64,000 nucleotides of DNA from assembly GCA_964036045.1 (NCBI GenBank), contig OZ038378.1, positions 79,670,001 to 79,734,000 of the forward strand, given 5' to 3'. The notes beneath the pieces were generated by a model. That model saw only the letters and a list, made by a program, of their open reading frames with translations, made no database searches and was not told the DNA's origin. This document shows positions 37,041 to 51,537 of this stretch, piece by piece. How positions within the stretch are numbered: position 1 is the stretch's first letter; each line of letters begins with the position of its first letter. The position numbers were made by a program, and so were the translations under genes. This DNA is from Eutreptiella sp. 'Long Island Sound 2002' (Eukaryota; Protista; Euglenida).

Positions 37041-38057
37041 GCCAGAATGAATTCTCCCAAAGTTAGTGCAATCCCCCCCCACCACCACCACCACATCCAT
37101 CCCTGGTAGGGCCTTGGTTCAGGGCACATGGGTCTCTCAACAACGAGATCTATTTTGCCTTATTCTCATGAAGAACAGCCCTCTGGGCCACCAACTGCCG
37201 GCGGTGAATGGCCATTTGTGTGTTACAAGACGAAACTTGTTGTGTGCACTGCCCGGGGGCTTCTCTATGGCGATGTGCCCCTTTGTCAGGTGAAGTGTAC
37301 GTCAACAGTGTGTCCCCTTTTTTTGGGTGAGGGTCCCCCTGGGTTGGCCCCTGTGTTCTAGGGCCGTTCTGCATTGCTGTAGTATGTGTTGCGGTGGCAC
37401 AGCAAAGCACAGCACGGCACAGCACAGCACGGCAGAGCACAGCACAGCAGAGCACATCACAGCAGAGCAGCACATGGCACAATGCAGCGCATGGCACAGC
37501 CCAACACACCGCGGCACAGCGCATAGCACAGCACGTGGCACAGCATAGAATGCAGCATAGAACCAGACGTGCTGCGATCAGCTCGCGGTCATTGGTGGCC
37601 TGTCTCTGACAGTTGGCGTGTACAATGTCAGGATCAAGGGAATCCTTTTTTTTTTTGAATGAGGGAAGGTCCTGGTCAGGGATGCACTTGAGGCAGAGGG
37701 GTGCCAAAAAGGGGGGTTTCAGAGGTGGTTGCAAACAAGTTACCAGCGGTTGGGATTTCTGGCGGGTTGGAGTGCTGCTTGGGGCGGACAGAAATGATTG
37801 TCACTTCCAAGAGCGGGGGGCTACTGGTCCTGGTCTCTCTTATGCCTTGACCTGGGGTGACATGCACTGAAATGATTCAGAATGGGGAGGCATGGGTTGG
37901 CATTGTGTAAGTTGGGTATACATTGGCTATGGCCCCCTCTCATGCCTGCGTTACCCCCCCCCCATCACATCACATGGGGTGTCTGACCCCGCAGCACAAG
38001 GGGTCCTCGTGTTGTCACCCGCTTCAAGCCCGGCTTCATCACTGTGCACGTCTGCAG

Positions 38058-38290
38058 GACACTCTTGCCAGACTGTGCGGAAAGTACAGCCGTGTCTTCT
38101 ACGTCCCCGGCAATCACGAGCTCTGGGTCACGGAGAAGGCACACCGCAATTCAGTCACAAAGTTCTTTGAGATTCTGGATATTTGCGACCAGATTGGCGT
38201 GCTCTACGTCCCGGCTCCAGTCGCTCGCCGCACGCGAATCTATCCCCTATTTACCTGGCACTCAGCCGATCTCGGGGACCCAGATGTCAG
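38058..38290 (+). CDS. Host exon: calcineurin-like metallophosphoesterase (GNHE motif)
   Basis: CTGCAG|DTLARLCGKYSRVFYVPGNHELWV...KFFEILDICDQIGV...IYPLFTWH; donor AG|GTTGAG, phase 2. Confidence 0.85.
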
Positions 38291-39461
38291 GTTGAGTCCC
38301 AGCCCCAAAGTTCCCCTTCACACCTCAGCACCGGTGGGGTGTGGGAGTGGTGGTGACGGGTTCAGCCCCCCCTCCTTCCGCCCCCCGTCAACTGCACGAT
38401 GAAAATTGCAGCGAAGGTGCAGAGGTAAAATTTTGCCCTATTGCTGAAAGGGGGCAGGGGCACAAATGGTTTGGTTTGTCCCTCTGCAATTAGGCTCCAA
38501 CTCCGCCTGCCACAGCACGGTCTTCATTGCCTCAAGCTCGGCTCTCAAGACAATGCTTGCAACGGCAATGGTAAGATTACATATAGTAACTTGTTTGGCT
38601 GCAGCAAAGAATCGCTGGAAACGCTTTGAAAATCAACAATCGGTGTCCGCGCAATAACACTTTTACTCTCCAAAAGAGGCCCCAAAATGGTCATTTTCTC
38701 CCCAAACCACATCCAACTATAGTAAAACCGCGTTTTAAAGGGGACAACGCTTGCAATGGCGAACACATGGTTCGCCGCTCCCTTGTATTTGTATGTACTT
38801 TATAGAATCTATTCAAGTTTCCTTCCCCTCTCGCCCGTTAGGGCAAGTAGCGAGGATATTTTACCATGGCACAGGTCTCAATGAAGGACCTCACAAGGCA
38901 TCTCTGCCGTTTGTCGTATCAAAAAAGATGGGAAATTGCATCGCAGTTTGAAGCGGGAATCAATACCGCACTACACCAAAATACTCATGAATCAAACCAG
39001 GGGCATCTCATGATCATGCATGCATCCAAAGCAAAAGTGAAGTGGTTTTCATCAATTAATTGCGTGGCAACACCACCCTACATCTACAACCATCTTGCCA
39101 CATCTGCAGCCATGGTCACCACCACGCTCACAGCTCCAACATTGGCCATACTACATCTATACCAACCTATTGCAACCCAGCCCAGACACCACATGCCGAG
39201 TAAAAAAGCGGCTCACCATTTTCTCGTCCGGACCAATGCACCGAAAACACACAGAATGGGCAACACTTCCATCCTCCAAAAGGATTGTCAGGCTTTTGCC
39301 GCACTCATATGCAATGCTCACTCATCATTGCATGCTTGTCTCAATAATATGCCACCCACCATGAATGTCAGCTTTTACCTAGACTCAACACACCCATTTG
39401 TACAGATCAGCAAGTATTGGTTAAAGACCATAATTTCCAGAAAAAAGTCGGAGTTAAAGAC

Positions 39462-39570
39462 TCCCACGCTTCGGTGTGGCCCCTTGAGTTGGGGTGATGG
39501 ACTCCCCACGCCTCCGTGTGGCCCCTTGAGTTGGGGTTAAGGACTCCCAGGCTTTGGCGTGGCCCCACAT
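39462..39570. repeat. Tandem repeat of about 42 bp, about 2.5 copies
   Basis: actccc(c)acgc..cggtgtggccccttgagttggggt repeated. Confidence 0.85.
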
Positions 39571-42500
39571 TTTTGTTTTGCCCTTTGTGCTTGCACGGTG
39601 TCCTCCAGCAAAGCTCTACGGATGGCACCGAGGCATGCGCGAAGAAATCGGCTACAATGAGTCCCGTGGGGACGGATGATGCCTTTGGAATGCATATGCC
39701 GTGTACGGTTGCTTGGCTGTTTGGGAATGTCTACCTTTGAGCTGATGACGGACCTTACTCATCATACATGGTTAAAGAGTCACAGACACATGCTTGGGTG
39801 CAGTGCATGTGGGGGACCGACAATCAATTTGCATTACATCATTAGATGCATTATACACATCAAATTACATTCATCTTTGCCATGCTCGCTGGACATTTTG
39901 GGGTTTATGACAAACCTCCAGTGCGGATTGGGGCACAATGGGTAGGGCATGGGTTGTTTGTGATTTGTTGTGGAATGCCTCGTGTGCCGCCCACAACGTA
40001 GACGGCGTCCATTGATATGTCTTTTGCACAACCCTTGATTGTGGTGCAGGTATATCATTTGGAAAATTTTCATTGGGTGCTCTTGTTGTAGCATTGGTTG
40101 TTGATTGCCCCTACTGGTGCATACCTCTACCTCAAGTTTGACCCCCTATGTGACCGCCGCACATTGTTGGGACAAACCAGGAAGAGTTGGTTGTTGTAGA
40201 TTTGATTGCCGAGCGAGAAGGCATTCAACCACAATAGTGGAAGAAGTGGGCAAAACTTTTGGAGGCTTTTGGTGCCCTTGCATTTGCGATTGCACCCATG
40301 CATTCCACCTGCATCCGGCACATTGATGGTGTCACTTGCCATCCCGGACGTCTCTTGACATTGCATTGTGCATTGTCCCGACACGTTGTCAAGGGGATAT
40401 TCCGGGTGCCGGAGGATAGATTGTGGTTGCTGCGCGAAATGGCGCAAGCTACTTTGTACTACAATCATTCCAAGTCGGGACCCCAACAATGCATTGGGAG
40501 GTGGCTCGGATGTACACCGAACCCAAATCGGTGGACCCCAATGACACATGCTTTTTTCGTGGTCGCGCACCTCACATAACGTGCCATGAATGTAAGGTTC
40601 CTCATTGTACCTCCGATACCTCAATCTTGTGTCAATCGGAGATGTGTGTAGGATTGTGCCTATTCTAGGCAGCCAACCTTGATGTTGTTGCTGTTGCTTT
40701 TGCTGCGGTTCTTGTTGCTGATGATGCCACTGATAACACCCGTCCCGGTGTGTTGATTTGTTGCAAGTGATATGCGGTGCCTCCTCAATACCCCCAAAAT
40801 GCTGATGGTCAAGTGAGAATTTTGCACCAAGCTGCAAGGGGAATGGGAAAAAAACTATCTTGGATTTGCACAATGACACCCACATGGGCAGACAAACCAC
40901 GCCATACAGATACTCAGCCCGACTTGAGCTTCAAGTGTGTCTTTTGTAACTACTTGTATGTAGTTGGCACTAATGTGGGTTGTGGCCCTGCTAGGTTCTG
41001 TTTTTTTGTTTCATCTGGTTTTGTTCCGAGTGTTGCAGGACTAAAGTTGGCCATGGCCTTGTCATGACTCTTTTCTTGAGCTTGATTTTGTTCCCAGTGC
41101 CCCATCCCAATTATACTATGTTATACTATGTTATAATGGCCGAATGCCAACAAATTGGTGTGCATGATGGTTTGGCTTGGGTGGGGCGCCAATAAGAAAA
41201 GTGGCCAGGAATTGACCTAGGGCCTTTGTGCTTTTAACCAAACGTACCACCTACTATCAAAGTGTTGAGTTCCTCAGTAAAAATGGGGGGGGGTATGGCA
41301 AAATTCTCTATTTTAACTTGGTAAAATATTTTGTTTCTAAGTTTTACCTCGTTTCTACTCAGTATTACCACATTTCACGAACTTTTACCTCGTCTGGTAC
41401 TAAGTCTTACCAAATACCCTTGGGGGTGTCCATGCCTAAACTGCAGTTTTTCTGCTGTACAGATTTTAGAAGCAGGGTTGGACCCCCCACCCCCCCTTGT
41501 GCAACACAACGCGTAGCACGGCACAGCACAGCACAAAGCACACCACAGCACAGCGAAGCCCCGCACACAGCACAGATCACACAATACTGTGCGATGTGCC
41601 ATGTTCTATGCTGTACTTTATGCTGTGCCATCTGCTGTGCTACTTGCTGTGCCGGCGTTTGTTGGGCTGTGGTGTGCGCTGTGCTGTGCTGCATTGTGCC
41701 ATCTGCTGTGCTCTGCCGTGCTGTGCTGTGCTGTGCTGTGCTGTGCTGTCACAGCAGATACCTCAGCATATCAGCATACAGCACGGCAGCTAGCACAGCA
41801 CAGCACTGCAAACCGCACAGCAACGCAGCAGATAGCACAGCACACGGCATGGTGGTTCTTGGTTCATTCAACACATTTGTGGTCTCGGCAAAAAAATTTC
41901 CCTCCAAACTTTTAGGACCACTGGGGAGAAGGGGTGGACCGAACCCCCCCCACGCCCCCCCAACATACCCCTGTCCCTGTTGCATGGACTCTGCCCAGCC
42001 CGTATGAATGTCCTCCGCGTGGCATTACCCGCAGGTTGGGGGGAAGATTCAAAAAAGGAGTAGCTCAATTTTGGGGACTGGGAAGGTTCGGTGCCCAGGA
42101 GTTCCTGCCACATAACTCCATGCCGTAAGACATCACACCAAGTGTCTCCAGGATCGATTTTCCACTGTCCCGTGCTATGCTGCCGTTGGGTTGGACTGCG
42201 GTCTGGGGTGCTTTTGGACCTTTGGTCCCATTCCACAATCATTTCCTGCCACTGCCGTCGAGCACTGTTGTGCTGTGCGGTGCCATACTTTGATGTTGTG
42301 TGCCGTGTGCTGTGCTATCTGCTGTGTTGCTGTGCGGTTTGCAGTGCTGTGCTGTGCTAGCTGTTGTGCTGTGTGCTGATGTGCTGAGGTATCTGCTGTG
42401 ACAGCACAGTACACACAGCACAGCAGAGCACAGCAATGTGCTGGTGCTGGTGCTGGTGCTGGTGCTGGTGCTGATGCTGGTGCTGGTGCTGGTGCTGGTG

Positions 42501-43102
42501 CTGTGCAGTGCAGTGCAGTGCTGTGCTGTAACGTGCTTTGCTGTGCCAAAGGTGCAGTTACTAACAGACAAAGGCCAAGATGCACACAGGAAAATACAAA
42601 ACAGGTGAGCCCTGAACCTTAACCCTAAAACCAACCGTAAGTGAGCCCTGTCTGCCGGTTGCCCTCTGCTTTGCCATGGGCAGGCGGCTGTGGGTCCCCT
42701 CTGCTATACCCTGCTGGTGCTGTGCTGTGCTGTGCCATGCTTGCTGTACTGTGATTGCTGTCCCCCTGTTTCCTGTGTGATAGTGGGCTCGCCCATGGAG
42801 GGCTGGCGCATTAAGAGAGCAGGTGGGAACTGCTACAGCTTGGGATCACCAGAAATTGTGATAAACAAAAGATACAGTGATACAGCAGATACAGCAAAGA
42901 TACAGCAAAGATACAGCAGATAAGTTGATGTAGTGATAGTCAAATCCCTTCAATAAACACATACAATTCAGAGAAATGAACGAAACTGTCTTTGTCGAAA
43001 TTGTGTCCCCATTCTGTACCCGGTGCCAATCGCCCCTTCTGCGTCGTCTGCGTTTTCCCCTCCAATGCCGCCTCGTCACACCCTCTGACCCCTCACTTCC
43101 AG

Positions 43103-43349
43103 CCCAAGTTTTCATGAGGAGCTCTTCGACATTTTCTGCAAGTGGCCCCAGGGAATCAATTTGTCCGACAAGCCCAATAAGTCCTCCTTGTGCCCGGGCA
43201 TTCCCTCGTTCTTCACTGCGCTGAACGTGCTGACTGCACAGGCCATGCCCCAGGACACAGGCGGGGACGGCAGCGATTGGGATACCATCACGTTCTCCCA
43301 CTTTGTTCCGCGACGTGAGCTTTATATCGGGAGGACAGACCTTGTGAAG
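43103..43349 (+). CDS. Host exon: next exon of the metallophosphoesterase
   Basis: TTCCAG|C joins the upstream AG to form AGC in frame; reads PSFHEELFDIFCKWP...FFTALN...DTITFSHFVPRRELY; donor AAG|GTATGT. Confidence 0.85.
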
Positions 43350-44843
43350 GTATGTGGATACCGGGCTGCCAGTGCTCCAGTGCTTACCCCAAGAATGTGT
43401 CGCGTGAGTTTATGCAAACGCAAAGTTGCCCATCCCTTCCTTCCACCAATGGCAGAGTCTAAAGGAGGCAGTGTTCCACGATGTGCAATTGCATGCCAAT
43501 CACCCTTGAAACTCTTCCCTATCGAAGTAGTGCTGGCGGATGAGGGAGTGAGTGAGTGGGTGGGTGGGTGGGTGGGTGCTTGTGTGCATGCCTGGGCCGG
43601 TCAGTGGGTGGGTGGGTGGGTGGGTGGGTCGGTCGGTCAATCGGTGTGTGGATGGGTTGGTCGGTCAGTTGGTCGGTGGGTGCGTCGGTGCGTGGGTGCG
43701 TGGGTGCTTGAGTGAGTTAAATGTGTGTGTGTGTGTGTGTGTGTGTGTGACGTCTGCCTAGAGGGGCATTCCGCTTACGCTTCGCAAGATCAGGGTACAG
43801 GTGTTTGCAACAAAAGTTTACCCCTCCCCAACCCCTGGGCCCCCAAACACATGGGATCACGCAAGGCAGAATATTGAATGTTTGCGGCGTGATATGAATC
43901 AGGGGTACCCAGACGTGGAAATCACGTATGTTCACAGTACATGTCCGCAGCACATGGGGTATCTCGTACAGTGGTACAGCAAGGTCAAAATACAATGCAT
44001 GCCGCTGTGTCTGGGGTTGGGCCCAATCAAGCATGGCAGCAACAGGAGGACTTTTAGCTGGTTGGAGGCCACATGGCACACATCCCGTACCTGACATTAC
44101 TAAGAGACTGGAGCACACCGTGCCATCAAAGGGCCTCAGGGCATATCCCGCTAGACATTGCTCTGACCGTGCATGTATCCCCTTATACAGTAGCACCCCA
44201 ACCACAAACACCAGGGTTCATTGCAAGCACATGTTAGGTCCCAGTGGCTACAGTGGTTATGGAGAGCCAGGGCACTGCTCATGGCGGCTGACACAAGCCA
44301 TCAAGCTCGATCAACCACCACCTCTTCCTCAGGGATACACGTCAGATAAAGTGACTAGCTGAGCATGTCTGTACAACGTTCTGCATACATGCAAACACAC
44401 GCAAGCCAGTATTTTGGATCTTGGTCACCTGCACAGATGATGTCATTTATCACGGGGGGAACAGAACGGACGCCAAAACGGCATGACAGCACCCTCCGCA
44501 CTCTTGATGTTGGACTCCAACAAATGTTTTTCTCACTGCAGTGCAAAGCTCTTTTGTGTTTGTGATTGGAGCCAAACACGCGGCGGTGTTTCTAGCCAGA
44601 CACGTTTCCCATGGGACGGTAATTGCAGCTACAACAAAGGGGAGGGTAAACGCAAGTCTTAGGTGTGCAATATCCAACACCATGGGGGGACGTCACCTCG
44701 GTTCTGGAACACTACCCCCCCCCTGCCCTCCGGGCCAACTGAGTTGCCAAGGGTCAACAACTATTGCCCATACATATGGTGGCGCCGAAGGCGCCCAAAA
44801 AATTTTTCATTCCCCTTGCCCATTTTGTCCAGTTTGCACCCTA

Positions 44844-47475
44844 TCAAGACTGAATATTGGGACCGAGCTGGTGAGGGAGGGAACATCAGCTATGACTGGT
44901 GAGGGACATCAAGAATGATTCACACATTGATGGCTCTTGACAAAGTGAAATCAGCTTGCAAGTGAACCCCATCACCACGAGGCCCACTTTCAAGGCTTTT
45001 TGGACTTCTGAGGGGCCAAAATGCCGCTAAATGGGCTCATTTCACCCGTTTGTGCACCCCAAATGGTCTAGGCTGAGGTTTGGAAAAATGCGTTTTTGAC
45101 CCATTTTTGACCTATTTTTTGGTCCCAAAACAGCCCATTTTCAAGGCATTTTGGCATTTTTGGAGGACCAAAAGGCGCCACCACAAGCTCAAAACGGTCC
45201 AAAAAACACTTGTTTTAGCGTCGCACATGGTCTAGGTTCATTTTCGAGAAAAGTCATCTTTTTGCCCCTACTGGACCCTGTTGACCCATTTGGGCACCCA
45301 CCTGCTTGGGCTTGAGCTTGCAGCTTGCCGCAGCCTAGTGGGCCTAGGTATTGGGTCTAGGCGTCCGTTTGGGCAATTCTGAGGGGTGGAAACCACAAAA
45401 AGTGGGGGGTTGCAGGTGGAGTAGGTGCCCTTGGAATCGCATTTTGAGCCATGTAGCCAAAGATATGGCCTATTCTTGGTTTGTGGCTGCCGGCATTTGG
45501 AGCTTCTGGGCGCCTTTTTGGGCCGTTTCCGGGACATATCATGGAGTTAGAGGGCCGGAAAGAGCTCGTTGACACGGGGAAGTCAAGCCACACGTGCAGT
45601 GTACCCACCGTTTCCCTTCGTTTGGCCATTTTGAATGTGTTCCAGGGCTTTTTTGGCCCAAAAATGGCTGCTTTCGGCCCCAAACTGCAGTTTTTTGAAA
45701 CTGAGGTCCGCCACTTGCAAATCCCGTTCCCGGCCGCCACCGTCGAGTGTCTCGCTCAAACTTTGTGTGATTGTACTTCACACCCATAGGTATCTTGCAC
45801 CCAAATTTCAACCAAATCCAAAGCACCACGACGGAGTTATGGTTCTTTCCCATTTCACGCGTGCTGCTTGCTTGCTTGGTTGCTTGCTGCTACTGCTAAA
45901 CCTGGTAGGTCCACCCTAGACACTAAAAAGGGTTATAAAACCAAGACTGGTTCCACCAGCTCGGTGAACACTATGCTTGAACCTAACCTTCACTCTAACG
46001 CCCACCCCAACCCTCAGCCTACTCCTAACGCTACCCCCAAACCTTACCCTTGACCCTAACCCTAATCAAGACTGAATATTGGGACCGAGCTGGTGGGGGA
46101 GGGAACATCCGCTATAACTGGTGAGGGACATCAAGAATGATTCACACATTGATGGCTCTTGACAAAGTGAAATCAGCTTTCAAGTGAACCCCATCACTAT
46201 CAGGCCCACTTTCAAGGCTTTTTGGACTTCTCAGTGGCCAAAATGCCCCAAAGTGGGCTCAAAATGGGCTCATTTCACCCGTTTGTGCACCCCAAATGGT
46301 CTAGGCTGAGGTTTGGAAAAATGCGTTTTTGACCCATTTTTGACCATTTTTTTGGTCCCAAAACAGCCCATTTTCAAGGCATTTCGGCATTTTTGGAGGA
46401 CCAAAAGGCGCCACCACAAGCTCAAAACGGTCCAAAAAACACTTGTTTTAGCGTCGCACATGGTCTAGGATCATTTTTGAGAAAAGTCATCTTTTTGCCC
46501 CCATTGGACCCTGTTGACCCATTTGGGCATCCACGTGCTTGGGCTTGAGCTTGCAGCTTGCCGCAGCCTAGTGGGCCTAGGTATTGGGGTCTAGGTGTCC
46601 GTTTGGGCAATTCTGAGGGGTGGAAACCACAAAAAGTGGGGGGTTGCGGGTGGAGTAGGTGCCCTCGGAATCGCATTTTGAGCCATGTAGCCAAAGATAT
46701 GGCCTATTCTTGGTTTGTGGCTGTTGGTATTTGGAGCTTCTGGGCGCCTTTTTGGGCCGTTTCCGGGACATATCATGGAGTTAGAGGGACGCAAAGAGCT
46801 CGTTGACACGGGGAAGTCAAACGGCACGTGGAGTGTACCCACCGTTTCCCTTTGTTTGGCCGTTTTGAATGTGTTCCAGGGCTTTTTGGCCCAAAAATGG
46901 CTGTTTTTGGCCCTAAGCCGAAGTTTTTGAAACCGAGGTCCGCCACTTGCGAATCCCGTTCCCGGCTGCCACCGCTGAGTTTCTTGCTCAAACTTTGTGT
47001 GATTGTACTTCACACCCATAGGTATCATCCACCAAAATTTATCCCGAATCTGAAGCACCGCGACGGGAGTCTGATTTTTTCCCATTTCGCGCGTGCTGCT
47101 TGCTTGCTACTTGCTGCTTGCTTGCTTGCTTGCTTGCTACTGCTGCTAAACCTGGTAGGTCCACCCTAGACACTAAAAAGGGTTATAAAACCAAGACCGG
47201 TTCCACCAGCTCGGTGACCCTAGCCCTAACCCTAACCCTCACCCTAGCCCTGCCCCTGGCCCTAGCTCTCACCCTACGCTAAGGTTAGAGTGAGTGTTGG
47301 GGTCCAAAATGGAGAGCAATGATGTGGCAAAAGCAGCCATGAACGAATTTTGGGGGATCTTGTTCAGACCAATCAACATGGTTGGCATGGCCAAACCAAC
47401 TGGTTGCAAAGGTAAGGGTTTGACTAATGGTGATGGTATGGTTAGATTCAGGGCAAGGAGAGGTAATGGGAACCC
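44844..47475 (+). repeat. Two tandem units of about 1.23 kb, each bounded by a 12-13 bp inverted repeat ACCGAGCTGGTG(G) / (C)CACCAGCTCGGT and separated by CCCTAA-like tracts
   Basis: IRs at 44862-44873 / 45954-45965 and 46084-46096 / 47203-47215; the units align along their length. Confidence 0.85.
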
Positions 47476-50400
47476 GTGCCCCCCCCCCTCCGCCCCCCAC
47501 CCCACCACCCCAAATCACTCCACCTGGAACCCCCCCCCCCAAACATGGACCCCCCCAACCGACCCCCCCCCCCATTGACCCTCCCTGAACCCCCCCCTCC
47601 AATCCCCCCCCCCCCCCCCCCCCCCCCCAGGGCCTTCGGCCCACTTCTATTGGGGGGGGTCGCGTATAAACCGAGGAGACGTCCTCCCCGTGCCCAACAC
47701 TGGTCTCACAAGGGGCATAGTGTGTCGCAAGACCACACAACGTCACACACATATGTTCAGATATTTACAAACTCACACAATCCGTCTGGCCTAGAAGTGA
47801 TTGTGGTTTTTGTGTTGTTACTGCTCAGCCTGCGCGTCAAATTTGCGTGGTGCACTTACAGGCAGAGGGGACGGACACCAACAAGTTTTTGGTTTTTCAG
47901 GTTCCTTTTTTTCTTTTTCGCAAAGATGCACGCATATCACTTTTTTGAAGTCTCCGTACTCAAAGATTTTGCTAGCGGAAGAATGAGACTCGATGCTCAA
48001 TGGGACTACGGGGCTTGCGTGTATTCCCTCCTTGACAACGACGACAGCAACAACAACAACAACAACACGTGGTTATGAGCGAGCGAGTGAGCGAGTGTGT
48101 GTGTGTGTGTGTGTGTGTGTTGACCCCCATGCTGCCGAGGGGCGCGTGACCCACCGTGGTGTGGGGGTGAAACTAGGGGAGGGGTGCCCTAGGCTAACAT
48201 GCAACCTTCCGAGCTGCAGCGTGGTAGTGGCTGGGCCATCAGGTCCCATGCCCAACCCCCGCCAACCACCGTGGGGTGGCCACAATGGGACAGGGAGGGA
48301 TCCACGGGGGGGGAGGGGGGTTGCGAGGGATGCCCGGGCTCCCATGTAGCCCAGCCCGCTCCAGGGCTTGTATATAACCCCCTTTCATCCCTCTCTAGCT
48401 GCCCGCTCCATAGTTAAGGGACCTACTACTCCGGATCACAGGAGAATGGGGTCATGGAGATCTCCGAGGAAGCCTAAAGGGCTTTTGTGGAGTCTTTTGC
48501 GGCGTTGTTGAGTTCTTTGTTGATCCTCGTGTGGGATCAACATTGGGTGTGGTGATCTCTCTCACAACTACGGGGAGCTCTTTGGGGCCTGGCATGGGTC
48601 CTGGCAGGCCCTATGCGCCTTGAGTCAAGATCAATTTATGCCGGGGGGGGAGGTCCATTGACCCCTTGCTGTGGCCTTTTGCCGACGTGATGTATGCCCC
48701 CCCCGCCCCCTGCTAGTGTGGCTAGGGTTTGGTCGGGGAGTGGTCCATGAGGACGTTAATGCGTGCCAGTGCCCAGGTTTTATGCGCAACAACTGTTTTC
48801 AGATCCAAGTGGTGGCCCCTTAACCGGTGTGGCTAGGGTTATGATATGCAACCTGGAATGCGGATTAGTCGTTGATTTAAGGGTTGGTCCCCCCCATGGT
48901 GGCTGGGCTACAACCTCCACAAGATTTGATGGTGTTGGATTATCCGGGGGCCGAGCCAACGGCTCCCCCTTCGGTCCTTGGCATTGTATGGTGTATAGTT
49001 GTCTGTATGTTTCAATATCAACCAAAGAAGCACCGGCAGCAACGGTGGCAGAGAGCTAGCGCGCTCTCTGGAGCCAAGCGCCCTGCCTACAGCTCTAGGG
49101 GGGTGAGACCTCTCGGTGCCGCGGGTAAGGGGGTTAGAAACCCTTGTGATATGAGCCAGTTAGGGGCCCTAACGAAGGGATGCTTGCCCCCAGGGTGGGT
49201 CCAAACACACATTGTATGAGCACACCTTACCGAGCACCTAGGCACCACCCGACACTGCCGCCCTTTGGGTCGGTCACAACACCCAAAGGAGTAGATACCT
49301 AGGGGGTTGCCCATGCGCCATGTGCTAGGCAGGGCAAGGATACCCCACAGAAGCTGAGGGTACACGGACAATGCTAGAAAATAGCAACGTAGACAACGAC
49401 GGGTGCAACCCGCGAACACCAAGAGAATCACCGGGCCCTGGGACTACCCTAGAAGCGGCGACCAGTGGTGTGGCGGGACACTCCGTCCCCCCCAGCCGAT
49501 GAGTCCATCTTTTTGGGGGAGGGCCACACACCCCACTAACAGGTTCCGCAGTTTGGCTGGGTGTTTGGTATAGGGGTTAGGGAGCCCACCGTGGCGTATC
49601 GCTGTTACTTGAGCAAAAGCAACAAAGTGGGTCACAGTTGGGTTCGTGGGCCAGTGGCACAAAGTGGCACCACGAGGGCCTAACATAACACTCCCGAAGG
49701 CACGTACTGCGGTTCAGGCCGTTGATAGGGGCTGCGGGTAGCGCACACCGCCCATTAGAGTGAGCTAGAGACCTATTGGCTCCCCAAGGGCTCCCTTGCG
49801 ACCCATAGTCTTCCAAACCCCGCTGCGCTGCAGAGGCGGCTCTCTTGGTTACATTAGGTGTGCACATCTCAGGAGGCCCATAGTGCCCCCTATCGTTTTT
49901 ACGAAAAAAGGGGTGATAGGTGGTGTTTTGCATATGCTAAAATAGGGGTGCAAAATTGTATATTTCCATCAAGCTGGCCTGTGCAGAGCCCGGACCAGTT
50001 GTCTAAGTCAGTTTAGGCCCCAATATTACACATTTTAGATCTTTGGGCTTTGCAGAGCCCAGGCTACAAGTTACTCCCCTTGTCCCTACCCCCGTTACAA
50101 CAATTGGCTCATGTATACACACGTCAAATGGCCACGCAACATGGCGCTGGGTGAAGTTGTATCTTTTTCCCGGCGCTCTAACATAGTCAGCCTAAACATT
50201 GTCCCCGATTCGGTCAGCAGGAACAGGAATCAAGGATAGAACTCCTGCATACATGATTGGTGGGCAATGATCAAAGACATGTGCTACACTAGGCACCACA
50301 TCATCTAAATGGAAGTGCCAAAACCATGTCTACATTAGGATTTTTCAACAACCTGGGCTGTGCAGAGCCAAACATTCATATACTTGGTACTTAAGGGTTG

Positions 50401-51537
50401 GTTGTTAGGGTTTCCCTGTTGGCTGGGCTTTGCAGAGCCCCCACCAGTGCGGTCTACTTTCATAGGTTTTCGAAAGGACCGTATGTGCTGGCGATCGGAG
50501 TTGTGCCGATCAATCTGTGTAAGGGTGGGTTGGTCGGCATCCGGGGCAGGAAGTGGCCGAGGAGGTGGGATGCGCGGATGGGAAGACGACTCAACAGGGG
50601 GACGTGATTCTGGATTAAGGGTATCGAGGATCAATGTAGCCCGCTCCTCGCTGAGTGACAGAAAATGGGATCGGCATATCCGATCCCCTTGTTGCCATTT
50701 GACAAGGGGGTTGCGCATTGGGTTCGGCAATGCAAAACGGAACCGTGCACGAAGCCCCCACATGTATTGCACGAATCATCGTGCCTGGTCACCACTGTTG
50801 TCCCTCAGCAACCCCATTGTCTTTGGAGTCAAAGGGTCATTGCGGGAGGCCCTTGGTGGGGTTGGCTGGTTTTTGGGGACAAGCTTTGGTGGCCGCGGTG
50901 GGGATGGGGGTGCTGACCCCGTAAACATGATCGCCTCTTGAAAGGTGAGCATAGGGGCAGCACGTGCTGCTGTTACACCGGTCGATGGTACCAGTAAGGG
51001 TACAGGTCCTACAACCTCATCTCCTTCGCTATCCTAGTCCGCACCCGGTACAACCACCTCCGTACGTCTACCATGTGGAAAATTGGCCATGGCTGTGGTA
51101 CAAAGAAGATAGCATGTTACATTTACTTAATATATGGGTCATATGACCAAATAGTAAATGTAAGAGCAGTGCACAGTATGCACAAAAGTCAACAACGACT
51201 GTTAGCTTTGCTAACTGGGGTTTTATGTGTCTGTCTTATTTGTTCCAGATTGTTTTGAAAATTTGCCTGGGGAAGATGGCGGAAGGCATGGAATTTCAGG
51301 ATTACCTCCAGGCCGGAGTGCACGACTCTGTGCGAGAGGGAACCCCAGCAGCGTCCTGGGCAAAGGGAAAAATGCGGTTAACCAAGTCCCTTCGCCATCG
51401 GGGGGATTCGCGTTCGCAATGGCTCCAGACATTTGCCAGTGCCTGAGGATTTGGAGGGACAGAGGAGGCGCTCATTGAGAATCTGATTGGCTACACATTG
51501 ACAGAGCAGGTCCAAATAAACATGAACACAGGGGCCT

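Noticed and set aside
35000-39760. Hammerhead ribozyme near the PLE relic
   Set aside because: The CTGATGA near 39744 lacks an identifiable GAAA and stem architecture, and none was seen next to the RT.
38866-40900. 224-aa and 257-aa ORFs inside the host intron
   Set aside because: No recognisable domain; probably a decayed element that I cannot assign.
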